From: Entomortierella parvispora E1425
Taxonomy: Eukaryota; Fungi; Mortierellomycota
Direction: 5' to 3'
DNA: 64,000 nucleotides
NCBI GenBank assembly: GCA_020891255.1
Contig: BQFW01000006.1
Location: 2,108,001 to 2,172,000, forward strand
Position 1 is the first letter of the stretch. Each line of letters starts with the position of its first letter. The notes under the pieces are model-generated. The model was not told where the DNA came from, ran no database searches, and saw only the letters and a list, made by a program, of their open reading frames with translations. Shown here in pieces: positions 24,601 to 36,603 of the stretch. The translations under genes were made by a program, and so were the position numbers.

Positions 24601-26874
24601 ATATTCATCTCCGCCTAATGCAATCTCTCGAACAAACACGAGCGAAATCTCTTTGGACCCATTGAGCATGAGGCCGTCAACAAAAAAGGAGGCTTTACCC
24701 TAGCAACGCCTGCGTCTGCTTTGCAAATGACGACACATTGTCCTGGATCCTCATCATCGTAGTCACCATGGTTCTGAGGGCTATAACGATTGATCTCTGT
24801 CTTTGTCACGAGTCCATCCTTGCCACCACCATAGAACGTCGAGAGTTCAGGGTGGTCTGAATACAATGACCAAACAGAATCCGAGTGCATGGTAAAAGTG
24901 GTGATGCAACGCTGAGCTGTCAGGGACCACAGTTTAATCGTAGTATCCGACGATGCGGACAGAATCTATAATAGGCGGTCGAGCATGTTAGTTTGGGAGA
25001 AAAGAGCGCGGGCTTGGGTGCAATCCTGAAAACTTGACATGTTAAAAAAAAAAAAAAAAAAAAAAAAGAGTCTGTTTTCCTTCCGTGATCATTTACCGTG
25101 TCACCGCTTTCGCTCACTAACAGGGCACGGATATTATCAGTGTGTCCAGCAAACTTGGTAATCCTTTGACCTGATCGTGGGTCCCAAACTCTGATAATCT
25201 AGCGTGGAAAGAAAGAGCAGAGCAAAGTCAGCTCGAATACATTACCCAGAAAAGTCATGATGCAGAAAAAAAAAAAAAACTTCAAGGGGTTTACCTTCTC
25301 TGGCGAACCAGTCGCCAAAACAGTGCCTGCAGGGTTACAGGCCAAGGCATAGATCGAGGCCTTGGAAGAAGTCTCAGGAATGCTCCCTAAACAAAGTTTA
25401 AGCATTGATACAATCTTTTTTCGTGAGCATCCGTGTGTTCCGTGGTTTTTTTTTCCCCTCTTTCTCTTGCTCTCTCCATCTTTTGGCGCTACTGTGGACG
25501 GGCTGTAATTCATCGAAAATTCGTGGGTCTGTTTGCCGTCTGTGCAACTTTGGTCGACTTACCAATTGCTCCATATTGCCCGCTGCGGCCTTCCTTGATG
25601 TCCCAAAGATGGACCGTCTTGTCTAGACCACCACTGGCAACCCATCCTGGACCAGAGGCATAGGCTAATGTCTTTACATAATCTCCATGCGTTCCAATGA
25701 TGTGTGCTGATGTTGGGCTACGGGAATGAGGTCGAACTAGTTTCACTGTTCGATCCGAGGAAGCAGAAATCACTGAGATAAAAAAGGAAGAACCCGTGTA
25801 TGTCAGTGGAGGTATCAAGATTAGAGACAAGGCGTGAGAGAGAGTTAGTAAATAAAGAAGAAGAAAGAAAAACAAGTACGATCGATCGATGCTAGCTAAA
25901 AACGAAACGAAGGCGAATGACAGAGTGACCTTTGGAGACTTACAAGTTTCTCCATTGTGGCACAGAACAATGTCATTGACCCAGTCTGTATGTTGGTTAA
26001 AGGACTGCCGGAACGTCGAAGGAGGAAGGCCCTGAGAATGGAGAAGAGAAAAGAAAGGTGGGGTCAGAGGAGACAAGGGAGCATAAAGTAAAGGCCGCGG
26101 TTCTTGCTCCTTCCACTCGATCCAACGCCCGCGCAGTACGAGTCCTGCTCCAATGATGATGTTCTGACAACAGCCTTTTTTTTTTGGTCGATGCAGATGA
26201 GTTAAGGACAGGACGCCTGCATTACCTTGGGTTTATCCAGGTCCTCTCCAGGGATATCTCGAGCGAGTGGAGACTAGAGGACAAGCACGGAAAGCACGGT
26301 TAGTAACAAGACGAACAGACTGACAGGGCAAATGGTGTGGGAAGAATACAAAAAACGAGCTGACTCGTCGTTCTCTCGAGAGAACAAACGTGGGGCAGAA
26401 TGAGAGAAGGACGGAGCTTTAGAGTTTTGGGGGACATGCCCGCCGTTGTTTGTTGGCTGCGTTTTTGTTTCCTGTTTTCTTTCCTGCTCGTTGGTGTCGT
26501 CTGTCTCCTTGCATGCAAGCATGTCAGCGTGATGGGTGGAGCAAGAGAAGGGCGATTGGAATGATGGTAGCCCTTGTCCCTGGCATTGCTTCTAGTACAA
26601 ATGCAAATGTAGAAAAGAAAAAGAAGAAAAGGTCGTTTACCTCGAGGTGCAGGTCCCAGGCAGCAATCATGCCATCCCTGCTACCTGTGTAGAGGATTCC
26701 CCCTGGAAGCGAATGCTTGTGGCGGTGGTGGTGTGGGACCGAGCTGGGGCTGGAAGCGGTGAGCGTTGATGTGTCGAGGGCAAGGGCATTGACGCCCAGC
26801 AGATGGGCATTGCGGTTCTCGTCCTTGCGGAGGACATAGGATATCCGCTGGGTGACGGCGGGCCGTTGGTACAT
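21657..26874 (-). CDS. WDR48: WD40-repeat USP1-associated factor (WDR48/UAF1/Bun107-like), multi-exon
   Basis: [25 protein letters not shown]; [14 protein letters not shown]; [10 protein letters not shown]; [10 protein letters not shown]; C-terminal [35 protein letters not shown]. Confidence 0.92.
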
Positions 26875-27192
26875 GCGCCTTCTCTCCTTGGATGGAATGA
26901 ATGAAAAGATGGAAGGAAGGAAGAGAGGATGAAATGAATGAGACTGAGAACGAGACTGAGAATGAAGAATGAGAATGAAGTGGAAATGAAAAGAGAGAGA
27001 GAGATGAAGAGAAAAAAAAAAAAAAGGAATGAAGCAAAAGAAGGGAGCGAGGGCTGAGATGCAATGAGAGTGGAGAGAGGGGAAAGGAGAGGAGCAGAAG
27101 GAACAAAAGGAAAAGAAGGAACGTCAAAAACGTGTTCATTATTTTTTTGTGTTCTGTTCTCTGCTCTCTGCGGGTGTGCAATTGACGTGTAT

Positions 27193-27241
27193 CAGTGTGC
27201 AGTGTGCAGTGTGCAGTGCGCAGTGTGCAGTGTAGCAGTGT
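27193..27241. repeat. Tandem 7-mer (CAGTGTG)n, about 7 imperfect units, in the WDR48/DHHC divergent promoter
   Basis: cagtgtg cagtgtg cagtgtg cagtgcg cagtgtg cagtgta gcagtgt, read directly. Confidence 0.9.
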
Positions 27242-27989
27242 TCTGTTCCATGGGAAGTGTCGAGAATGAATGAATGAACGTGAACGGCACACAGCAGAGC
27301 ACACACGGACACAGAAGCAGAGAGCGCACGCGTCTCTCTTTTTCTTCTTTCCCTTCATTCCCTTCTCCTTTCTCTTCGCCCCTTCCTCACATCCCCTGTC
27401 TAGGCCAGGTTTATTTCCACCCATGCCAGTCAGTCGACCTCATGGTCGTGTCTTGTCGGTCCTTGCCCGTCGACTTCGTTGAGCAAACATCCCCTCCACA
27501 CGCGTCTCGACCTCGTTTTTGGCTCCCTCTTTGCCTTGCCAGTGTTGTCTGCCCTCTCAGCCAAACAAATGCGGAAGAGCACAGCCACTTGGATGCATGG
27601 CCTCTTCCTCTTTCGACTCTTTTGGAGTCGATTGCACACGCTGCAGAGAACCAGTCTAGCAGTAGACACAAAAGGGAGGAGACCCCAAAGAACATGAGGC
27701 AGGCAGGGAATGAATGTGCACAGCCAACATGCAACGTTCATACATTGGGATTCACTTGTCCATCCATGGCGCACAGTCCTCCTTCCTCTTCTCCTCCTCG
27801 TGGTCGTGCTCGTTACGTTACATTTCGTCTCGTCTTGTTTCGTTCTTGACTGACGACGTCTCTTGCATTCTCTTTTTTGTTCCCCCCTCCCCTTGGCACC
27901 CGTCGCCCATTCCCTCTCTCTCTCTCTCTCTTCACCACTTTTTTTTCACATTCCCATCCCATGGTCAAAGGTGCTGCTCCTGCATAGTC

Positions 27990-29962
27990 ATGTTCCCCTC
28001 TTCCTCTACCTCCTCAGCTGCCTTTGCTCCGCTCGCGACTCACGACCCCTCGTCTAAAGATGATTTACCTTTCACCACAGCCCCCAAAAAATCCCCTGCA
28101 TATTGGACTACGCCCAGCGACTCTAGCTCCAGCTACAGCGCCCTCGCCGACCGGATACAGGTCCTTGTCGAAGTCACCAGCTCGCGATTAGGACCCATCC
28201 TCTTGGTCATCGCGTCTGTTCTCTTGTCTTTGACCATCTACTGCTACTTTGCTGTCTTTATCCCTTTTCACTATCAATGGCCGGAAGGGACAGGGCCTGG
28301 TGAGAATCTTGGGTATCTCTCCACCATGGTCTGGTCCCTCTACCTCGTCTGGGGGATCCTTGCCAATTATTATTTTGCAGTCCAGACCCCTCCTGGCACT
28401 GTCATGGACGGAGTATCGTCCGATAATGTGAGTAATCCTCCGTTGTCCAACCACAATCGGAAAAAAAAGGGCAAGGGAGGATGCCCGTTCGATAGAACCC
28501 GCACTTTTTCTAATGTAATCCTCACCCCCCTCCCTGTCTCTTCTCCTTCCTCCTTTTCTTTCCTGCAGCAAGAAGCATCGTTTCAGGATGTGCTTCTGGA
28601 GATGGAGTGTAAGTTAGGATCTACTATGATGCACGGATCAAGAATATCCCGCCTCGGAAATGACAACGCTAACAAACACCCTGGTGTTTCTCCAATGTCA
28701 GCCTTTACCAGGTTCCCTCCTACCTGCAGACAATGTCATTTGCCCAAGCCAGAGCGGACGCATCACTGCAGCATTTGCAAAAAGTGCATCTTGAAATATG
28801 ATCATGTAAGTGTATACTCTCTACGTTGGAGCAAGTTCGTTGTTTCGTGCGAGAATGGTTGGCTAAGAGCTCCTGCCCGGCTCTTTTACCTTCATAATCA
28901 AACCTAGCACTGCCCATGGATCAACAACTGTGTGGGCCATTTCAATCATCGCTACTTTGTCATGTTCCTCACCTACTTGACGATGGCCTGCGTGTACTTT
29001 TTGTACATGGGCATTGGCCCCTTCATGCTCTTGGTTGAACTGAACGCGAACAATGTAAGCGAGTCGATATGCAGAAATATGAAGTGAAACCAAATTCGCC
29101 TGACCTGAACTGACCATTATCAAAAAAAAAAAAAAAATCCACAAATAGATGGAGTGGCCCTACCCCTTACCACAGGCTCTTGTCGCGTTCTCTGAAGTCC
29201 TTGCCGTCATAATGGGTCTGGCAGTCGGTGGCATGGGCAGCTGGCATTGGTATCTGGTAATTTTTTATTCAGAAAAAAGAAAAAAAAAAAGTCGATTTGT
29301 TGATTTCTTGGGCACATGAATACCTTTGTGTTTTAGTTTGGAGCTTTTGTAGGCTATGAAGGTTTCTACCTCTGGCACAATCTCTTGCTGTGCCGATTAT
29401 CGATTGTGAATGTTGGATGGATGTATTCAAGTCTGTATCGTTCTCTACATTTTTTTAACCTATCTATATAGACCTTGACGGCGCAAACGACGTTGGAGCA
29501 ATACAACAACAACCTGATCAAGGATATTTGCAAACGGAAGGGCGATGTCTTTTCCAACATGTATGATTTCGGGATCTTTGGTAACCTGCTGAACTTTTTC
29601 AATGTTGGACCCAGAGGACACTAGTAAGTCACCGAATGCGATACGCAGGGAGGAGTAAGAGAGAGTAAAGTGTCACTGCCCCTTTTCTATGATACTTTTC
29701 TAGTATAAGCGCTATTTTTGCTATTATTGTCTATACATGGGGTTCTACTTTTCCGTCCAAGCGATATCATGGCTGCTGAAAATATGACTTGTAAACTCAT
29801 CTATGTTCTTTCTCATTTTGTCCGCGTTGTTTAAAAAAAAGCCCGTGGTATACCGTGCTCCTTCCAATCCGTATCCCTCCCATCGGCAATGGCAAAAAGT
29901 TTGAAAAGAGCAGCCGAGGATTCGTTTTAGATTTTGGACAGGATGCGGACGAAATTGTGTAG
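27990..29962 (+). CDS. DHHC-type protein S-palmitoyltransferase (ZDHHC16-like), multi-exon
   Basis: CRQCHLPKPERTHHCSICKKCILKYDH|HCPWINNCVGHFNHRYF; TM segments; TTLE motif; C-terminal PWYTVLLPIRIPPIGNG. Confidence 0.92.
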
Positions 29963-30430
29963 AACCAAATCCTCCACCCTCGAAAAAGTATTAAAAACTA
30001 CAAACTCTTTTGTTGCTTTGGGTTCTTGATGTCATCGAATCGGTGAAGTGGGGGAATATACTACGACTATTGGATGGCACGTTCTGGGGATATTATGAAG
30101 TGCATACTCAGCCCAAATCCTGTCAGAGGCGATATGTGGTTTACAGCTTCCCGTTCAAAGTATAAGCCGCCGCGGCTATCGAAGCTACAAACTGTCCTAT
30201 CGAAAAATGCGGTGCAGTCTGCCTTGTAACGAGGAGATATGTGACTTCTGTCAAAATCCTACTATTTTCTTTCTTTGATGGACAGACGTAGTCAGTTGAT
30301 CAAGGGTTTGCGAAAAGGAGAGAGGAGACGGTGGAGGAGGAGTGAAGAGAGGATATGACTTTTGCTACATGATGATGTTGAGTTGAGAGGAGGGCATTCG
30401 ACGCTCCTTTATATTGAAATCAGAAGAGAG

Positions 30431-30465
<35 letters not shown>

Positions 30466-30703
30466 GCAATCCAATCTTCCACTCTATCATACAAATGGAT
30501 ACATCAACCATGATAGTCATCATCCGGTTCTGTCCTTTCCTCCGAGGAATAGATTTGACAACTATCAGTCTCAATGGAACAGGGTCATTGTAAAGTTCAT
30601 AATCTGGCCAATGTATCATTATTATTAAGACATGTCTAAACTGGTATCACTCTGTCTGTCATTCAAGGTGCCTCGACGGGGGATCGTGCGCGACAGAGAT
30701 GTC

Positions 30704-33700
30704 TTACACCTTGTGCGAGTCTGTGACCACTGGGGTCTGTTCCCGGCTGTCCTTTTCGTCTTCCTCCTCCGTCTCTTCTTCATCGTCTTCAAAGTCTTCA
30801 GTAGCGGTAGGGTGGTAAGGTGGAGATTGATCACCCTTGGACTCCTCCCACTCGTTCTCGTCGTCTTCATCCCGCTCTTCCACGACGGGGGTAGGTGCCT
30901 CAGCTTGGACAGATGCATGCTCCTCTTCTTTCTCATGGGACTTCTCCTCGGCCTCCTCCTCCTTGACCTCCTCCTTGACCTCTTCCTTGACCTCTTCCTC
31001 TTCCTCTTTCTCCTCGACAACAGGTGCTAGCTCCGTGACCTTGATAGTGTCGCGAGTTTCTTCTTCCTCCTCTTCTTCCTCTCGCTCAACTACGACGGGC
31101 AAAGGAGACTTCTCTTTGGTTGCCTCATCTTCCTCCTTCTCTTCCACCTTTGGCTGTGGGTTCTGCAAATCCTCCAGTCTCTGCTGCAAGATCTTGACAT
31201 TCTTCATGCCTTCGAGAGCCGCATACCTGCTGCCGTTCCTAGCCTTGGCCACGGTATCAGTCTTCATCCTCTGGATATAGAACTTGAGATGATCCACTCT
31301 GGTCGACAGCATCATCTCTTCCATGGTGGCCTCAGGTCCCAATCGACCGTCGTCCAAAGATCCTGCAATACTAGCAGCCACGGAAGCTTCGGATCTAGTC
31401 GTCGAACCTCCCTCCTGTTCTTCCTCCGCCAAGATCGCCCGCGATACATTGGTAGGGGAAGTCAGAGTAGGAGACTTGTTCGTGCTCTTGTACTTTGAGT
31501 ACTTGTCGACAGCAATGCTGCTCCTGCTAATAGTGTTTCTCCTGCGATGTGTTGCGTACGTCTCCTCTTCTTCCTCTTCATCTTCCTTTGCCTCGGGAAC
31601 AGGAGTCACGATCGAGAGTCCCTTCTTGACCACAAGCTCTGCAACCGTAGGCGCTGGTTCAGTAACGGCGGTGGCGATCGTCACAGTTGCTGGTGCGGCT
31701 CTTCTCTCTTCTTCAACTGGCACGGCCGCGACCTTCTTCTCGGGTGTGGACTCGGCAACAACAGCAACCTTCTTGGCCTTCTTCTCCTTCTTGACCACAG
31801 GGGGTGGTGCGACTACCACAGGTGCTGCCTCCTCCTCGCTGCTCTCTTCACCTTCTTCAGAGTCTTCCTCCTCCAGCAATTGATCTGTGTCCTCGTCGCT
31901 TGAAGCCATCTCGAGCAAGATCTCCTGCCAGCGTGCCTCCAAAGCTTGGGCACGCTTCAAGGCAATTGCAGCCGAGCGCTTGTCGCCCTTGTTCATCCGG
32001 CTGGTGGCGTAAGTCTTGGCCTGCTGGACATATGGCCAAAGCTCTTCCGCGTTCTGCATCTTGAGCAACTCGGCCAAAGGCGTAGAGATAGGGAGAAGTT
32101 TGGGCTTGTTAGACTTTGCTTTGGGCTTGACTACAGGAACAATAGCCACTTCGGTCTCCTCCTCCGATGCCTGAGCATCGGGCTGAGCTGCAGCGACTAC
32201 AGTCTCTGCCTTTGCCTCGACTGCAGGGGTTAAAGCAGAAGCTGGGACAGACTCCATAGCAGCAGGTGCCTCTTTGGAGAGCAAGAGAGATGGAGCAGGA
32301 GTCGAAGGCTCGTTCAAAAGGATGGGCAAGGACATCAATTGGGTATCCAACGAAAGATCCTCGCTTGATTTGACCTGATCCTTTGCCTGAAGCAACGATG
32401 AAAAGTGTTGATCCTGCTCCAAATCCGCCATCGAGTACGCGTTTGAAACCCTGTACATAGATGAAGTCTCTTTTCGCTTCCACCAACGCTTCTTGGGCTG
32501 GGGCAAAGCCATGAGCTGTGGAGGCATCTCGGATTCGCCTGATCGGGAAGACTGGAACGAGGGTCGAGGTGCAATCGTTGCATCGTCCAACAAGGTTGTA
32601 CTCATACTCAAGGGCCTGTTGCTGTCCATGAGATGTGAGTTCAAATCCAAGGTGGAGCTGGCGCGAGATTTGACAGTGTCCGATCGGCCGATGCCACCAA
32701 AAATACTAGATCGGTTGGCCTTGACTGCTCCCAAGTCTTCTTTGGTGGGTTTGGGTTCCTTGACTTTCTTGGCCTTCTTGATCTTTTCTTTCTTCATGCC
32801 CTTGTCCGAGAGCACCTTCTCGAAGGATTCGAGCTGACTGACCCAAGAGTCCCAGTTCTCCAACGCGGCCTCTTCGTTTTGCTCTTGTGTGTAGTCCATG
32901 ATCTCCTCCACTGGCAGGACAAACCCAATGACCTCTCGGTTTTCGGGGACAGCAACACGCTCCATGAGGGGACCTTCGACTTCCTCCTGGTACTCGTATG
33001 GAACATACTCGTCGCTATCTCTCTTCTTGGTTTCTTTCTTGACTTCCTTGGGTCGAACTGAGAGCGCGACGGCCATTTCCTGAGCCTTGCGATCGCTCTG
33101 CATGGAACTCTTTCTGGTATGTTGACTATGAAGAGATTTCGAGTCCTCATTGGTAGCAATAGGAGTCAGTGCGCCTCCATCCTTTTCCTTGTCGTCAACT
33201 TCCTTGCTCTTCTTCCTGAAGATGCTAAATGAGCGTGAGGGCTTATTCTTCTTGATCGAATCTGAGGCGATTGACGCTGCATCCTGACCAGGGAGTGTAA
33301 ATCCAGATTCGTTGGTGACCGACTCTGCAGTCTCGGGAAGCAAGACGGGTGGCTCCAAAACTTCGTCCTCAATTGTTTCGACCTGTGATTCTGCCGTATT
33401 CGCTGGAACTTCGGCGACATTCTCATGAGTCACGAGTTCCTCCTTTTCCACAACGATCGGTTCGAGCTGAGGAGGGCTGGGTTGAGATGAATACTGCTCG
33501 ATCTGAGGAGGTTCGGACTGGGATGATGGCGGCTCAAGCTCGGGAGGACTGAGGCGGGAGGATGGTGGTGTTGGAATAGCTGAGGATTCCAAGACAACGT
33601 TCTCCTTGGATGCTGCCTTGGCCATTTCTTTGCTCGATGAGGGAACAGAAGACCCTCCGGAGCCTCCGAAAAGGGCCTCGTCCATCAACTTGGCAACATT

Positions 33701-36603
33701 GTCCAAGTGGTCTGGATCTTTAACCTTGTCCTTCTTCTTTTTACCATACCAAGTGCGTCTGGTCTTTGTCTTTCCTGCAACGGGCTCCTCGACAGGCTTC
33801 GCAGCTGGGGCTGTTGCTGGGGCTGATGCTGATGAGACCGATGCTTCCAGGGGTGTTGCAGAGGTTGACTCGGCTGCGCTCACAGTTGAGGCATGCCGGG
33901 TGTGGGTGGGAGAGCGGACGGTGGCCTCTTGAATCTCCTGAACAGTGCGCTCAAGATGATCCTGCTTCTCTTGTTGAACCTCTGCGGGCTGCTGCTCCAG
34001 ATGCTGTTGCTGTTGCTGTTGTGGCTGTTCATTAGTCGCTCCAGTTTCTTCGATCTGGCTTTCGTTGTACTGCTCGTAATAGGCCTCTTGCTGGACAGGG
34101 TGAAGATCTGCTTGAGCTTCGATCCCGACTGGCTGAGCATACACAAACTTTGGAGAAAAGCTGTTTTCTTGAGAATACGAGGCACTGTGCTTCAGGGGTC
34201 GGCGAGTCGATACATCTGCCTCGACCTTGGCTCCACTACTCTTGGATCCCTTGTCCTCCTGCAAGATGAGAACGGAGAAAAAAATAGAAAAATGGTTAAA
34301 ATCAAATCTGGTTTCTCTGAGCTTTTTTTTTTTGGAGCTCTCAAAATAATAAGAGTTTCTCCACTGAAGTTTCCCAACAATCGTCTTACCTTGCCCTCAA
34401 AGGCTCGGGCACGGCCTTTGGTATCGGCAATGTAGTAAGGATCCACGTCCTCGTCTTCGTCTTCGAAATAAAGGTCCGGGTTGTCAAAGTCATCGAAGTC
34501 ATCCTCATCCTCCTCGGGTGTGTTTTCCACATACCAATCTGACTGGTTCTGTGGCTGCTGCTCTGGGTACATGTCCTGATATTCAACAGCAGGATCAACA
34601 AAATGTTGCTGCTGTTGCTGCTGTTGCTCCTGTCCCTGCTGGTAATACTGATGTTGTGGGATTTGAGCTGGAATGCTGACGGGTGGTACAGCCTGAGTAG
34701 CCTGAGGAACAAAGGAGGGAACGGCAGGTTCGGGTTCCCGAGAGGATACCATAGCCACTTCAGTTGATGCCGAGAATGACTTTGATTTTTTCTTCCCGAA
34801 TGGCTTCCATTTTGAGGACTTTGAGTGCTGGAGCCCAGGTTCGGCAGCGGGAATGGTGGTGGAGGCAGAGTTTGACTGAGAAGCTGAAGTGGGCGTGGGT
34901 GTGTGGGCCATAAAGATAGCCGAGACGGGAGGTGGAGGACTGGGGGTCTCTGGTGGCATCACATAGGGCATGGAGTCATAAGTCTGCTTTGTCATCATGT
35001 TATTATTGTTGTTGTTATTGCTGTTGTTGCTGTTGCTGTTGTTGTTGTTGTTGTTGCTGCTGCTGCTGCTGTTGAGACCGGCCTCTTGCACGCCATAGTC
35101 ATTGTATGAAGCATATCCATTAAGACCAACACCACCATTGGATCCTTGGTTGTATACGCCTTGCTGGGTCGGAGGTGCCTGGCCGAGCTCAGGGGGTTGT
35201 GAGGCCGATGGTTGGGTCTTGGATCTTTTCTTGCCAAAGAGGCGGAAGGACCCTTTCTCGGGCTTTTCCACCTTTTCGACCTTTTCGGCTGGTTGGTCCT
35301 GCTCCTGTTGTGGCTGCTGCTGCTGCTGCTGTTGCTCCTGCTGCAAGGACGGTTGCTGATGCTGGATAAAAGGGGACTGAAGTGACTGAAGTGGAGGGGC
35401 AGCAGAGCCTTGCGGTTGCTGGTACTGTTGCAGCAGCGGAGGTGGCGGTTGCTGGAACCGCTGGTGCTGCAAATGCGGCGTTGGAGCCTGGTACATGTTT
35501 GGTTGAAATTGCTGTTGCTGCTGCATTTGTTGCATCGGTTGCTGTTGAAGGAACTGCTGCTGTTGCTGCTGGTATTGAAACTGATCCTCAGGTGCACCGT
35601 ATCCCATGCCCCTCGTACCGGCCATTGAGTAGCGGTAGCTCTGATCATTGACCTCATTCGTCACTGGCGGAGCAACTGGCACCTTGGGCATGCTTCCCTT
35701 GGATGCAGACTCTCTCAGCTGTGCGACTCTGTCGAGATAGATGGCTTGCTATTGAACAGAAATCCATGCATCAAGCAAATGCAAATGCAGGGCAACACAA
35801 AGAAATCAAAGGGGGGGAAAAGGTAAGTAATCAAGCTCGTTCAGCCCCTGATCTGTCATAGACAACAAGACCATATCCAACGGTCAAGAGGATAGTAAAC
35901 TTACGATCGCCAGCATCGATTGCTTCTTCTTTTCACTCGAGCACATCGGGATAACACGGGCAAGATCGTTGGCTGCCTGTGCATACAGGTTAGCTGCCAT
36001 GGTCGTTTCCTGAAGCTCATCCAGTTGAACGGCCTGCTGTGCCTTGACCAACGCAGCATCAAAGATGCTTCGCCAGGCACTGTCCGACCAAGCCTCCTGA
36101 TCCTTTTCCCGTCCTGAACGAGAGGAAGGAGCGGCTTGGGACTGACCACCGACAGGACTCGGACTCGCCCTTGAGGAGGATGAGAAAGAGGCTCGTGGGG
36201 GTGCAAACGCGGCCGGGGCCATGAGGGGGGAAGCCATGCCAGCAGCACCCATCCCAACGCCTCCTCCTGGGTACACTAGTTGACCCTGAACATTGACGTT
36301 GAGTTGCCCAGATGCAGACGAGTAGGACGAGTGGGCGGACTGAGATTGGGGAGGGGAGAGTTGCTGCTGCTGCTGGAAGTGGAGTGGATTAGAGTAGAGG
36401 TGTTGTTGTTGCGGTTGATAATGCCCCTGGCTGTAGTTCAGACTCTGGCTGTGATTAAGAGCATGGCCGAGCCCCTGGTGATGAAAGGCAACGTGGCCGT
36501 TGGGGTGTCCAGGAGGGGTTGGTGGGGGAGGACCTGGAGGAGGAGGGATGTTGGCCAAGGTGGCAGACCGCCTGTTCCTGGATGAGGAAGGGGCAGGGGT
36601 CAT
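30704..36603 (-). CDS. Large (~1870 aa) mostly disordered protein with a MIT domain, Q/N-rich region and acidic tail, 3 exons
   Basis: Exons 36603-35905, 35748-34390 and 34258-30704 join in phase 0 through GT-AG introns. The first junction completes a MIT domain: ALVKAQQAVQLDELQETTMAANLYAQAANDLARVI...KKQSMLAI|QAIYLDRVAQL. Confidence 0.82.

Noticed and set aside
27714-27989. N-terminal extension of the DHHC ORF in the track
   Set aside because: It starts at a non-ATG codon and crosses the pyrimidine-rich leader; ATG 27990 is the more plausible start.
30625-33932. Many overlapping antisense and alternate-frame ORFs
   Set aside because: Shadows of the Glu/Lys/Ala-rich coding strand, which yields few stops on the opposite strand.
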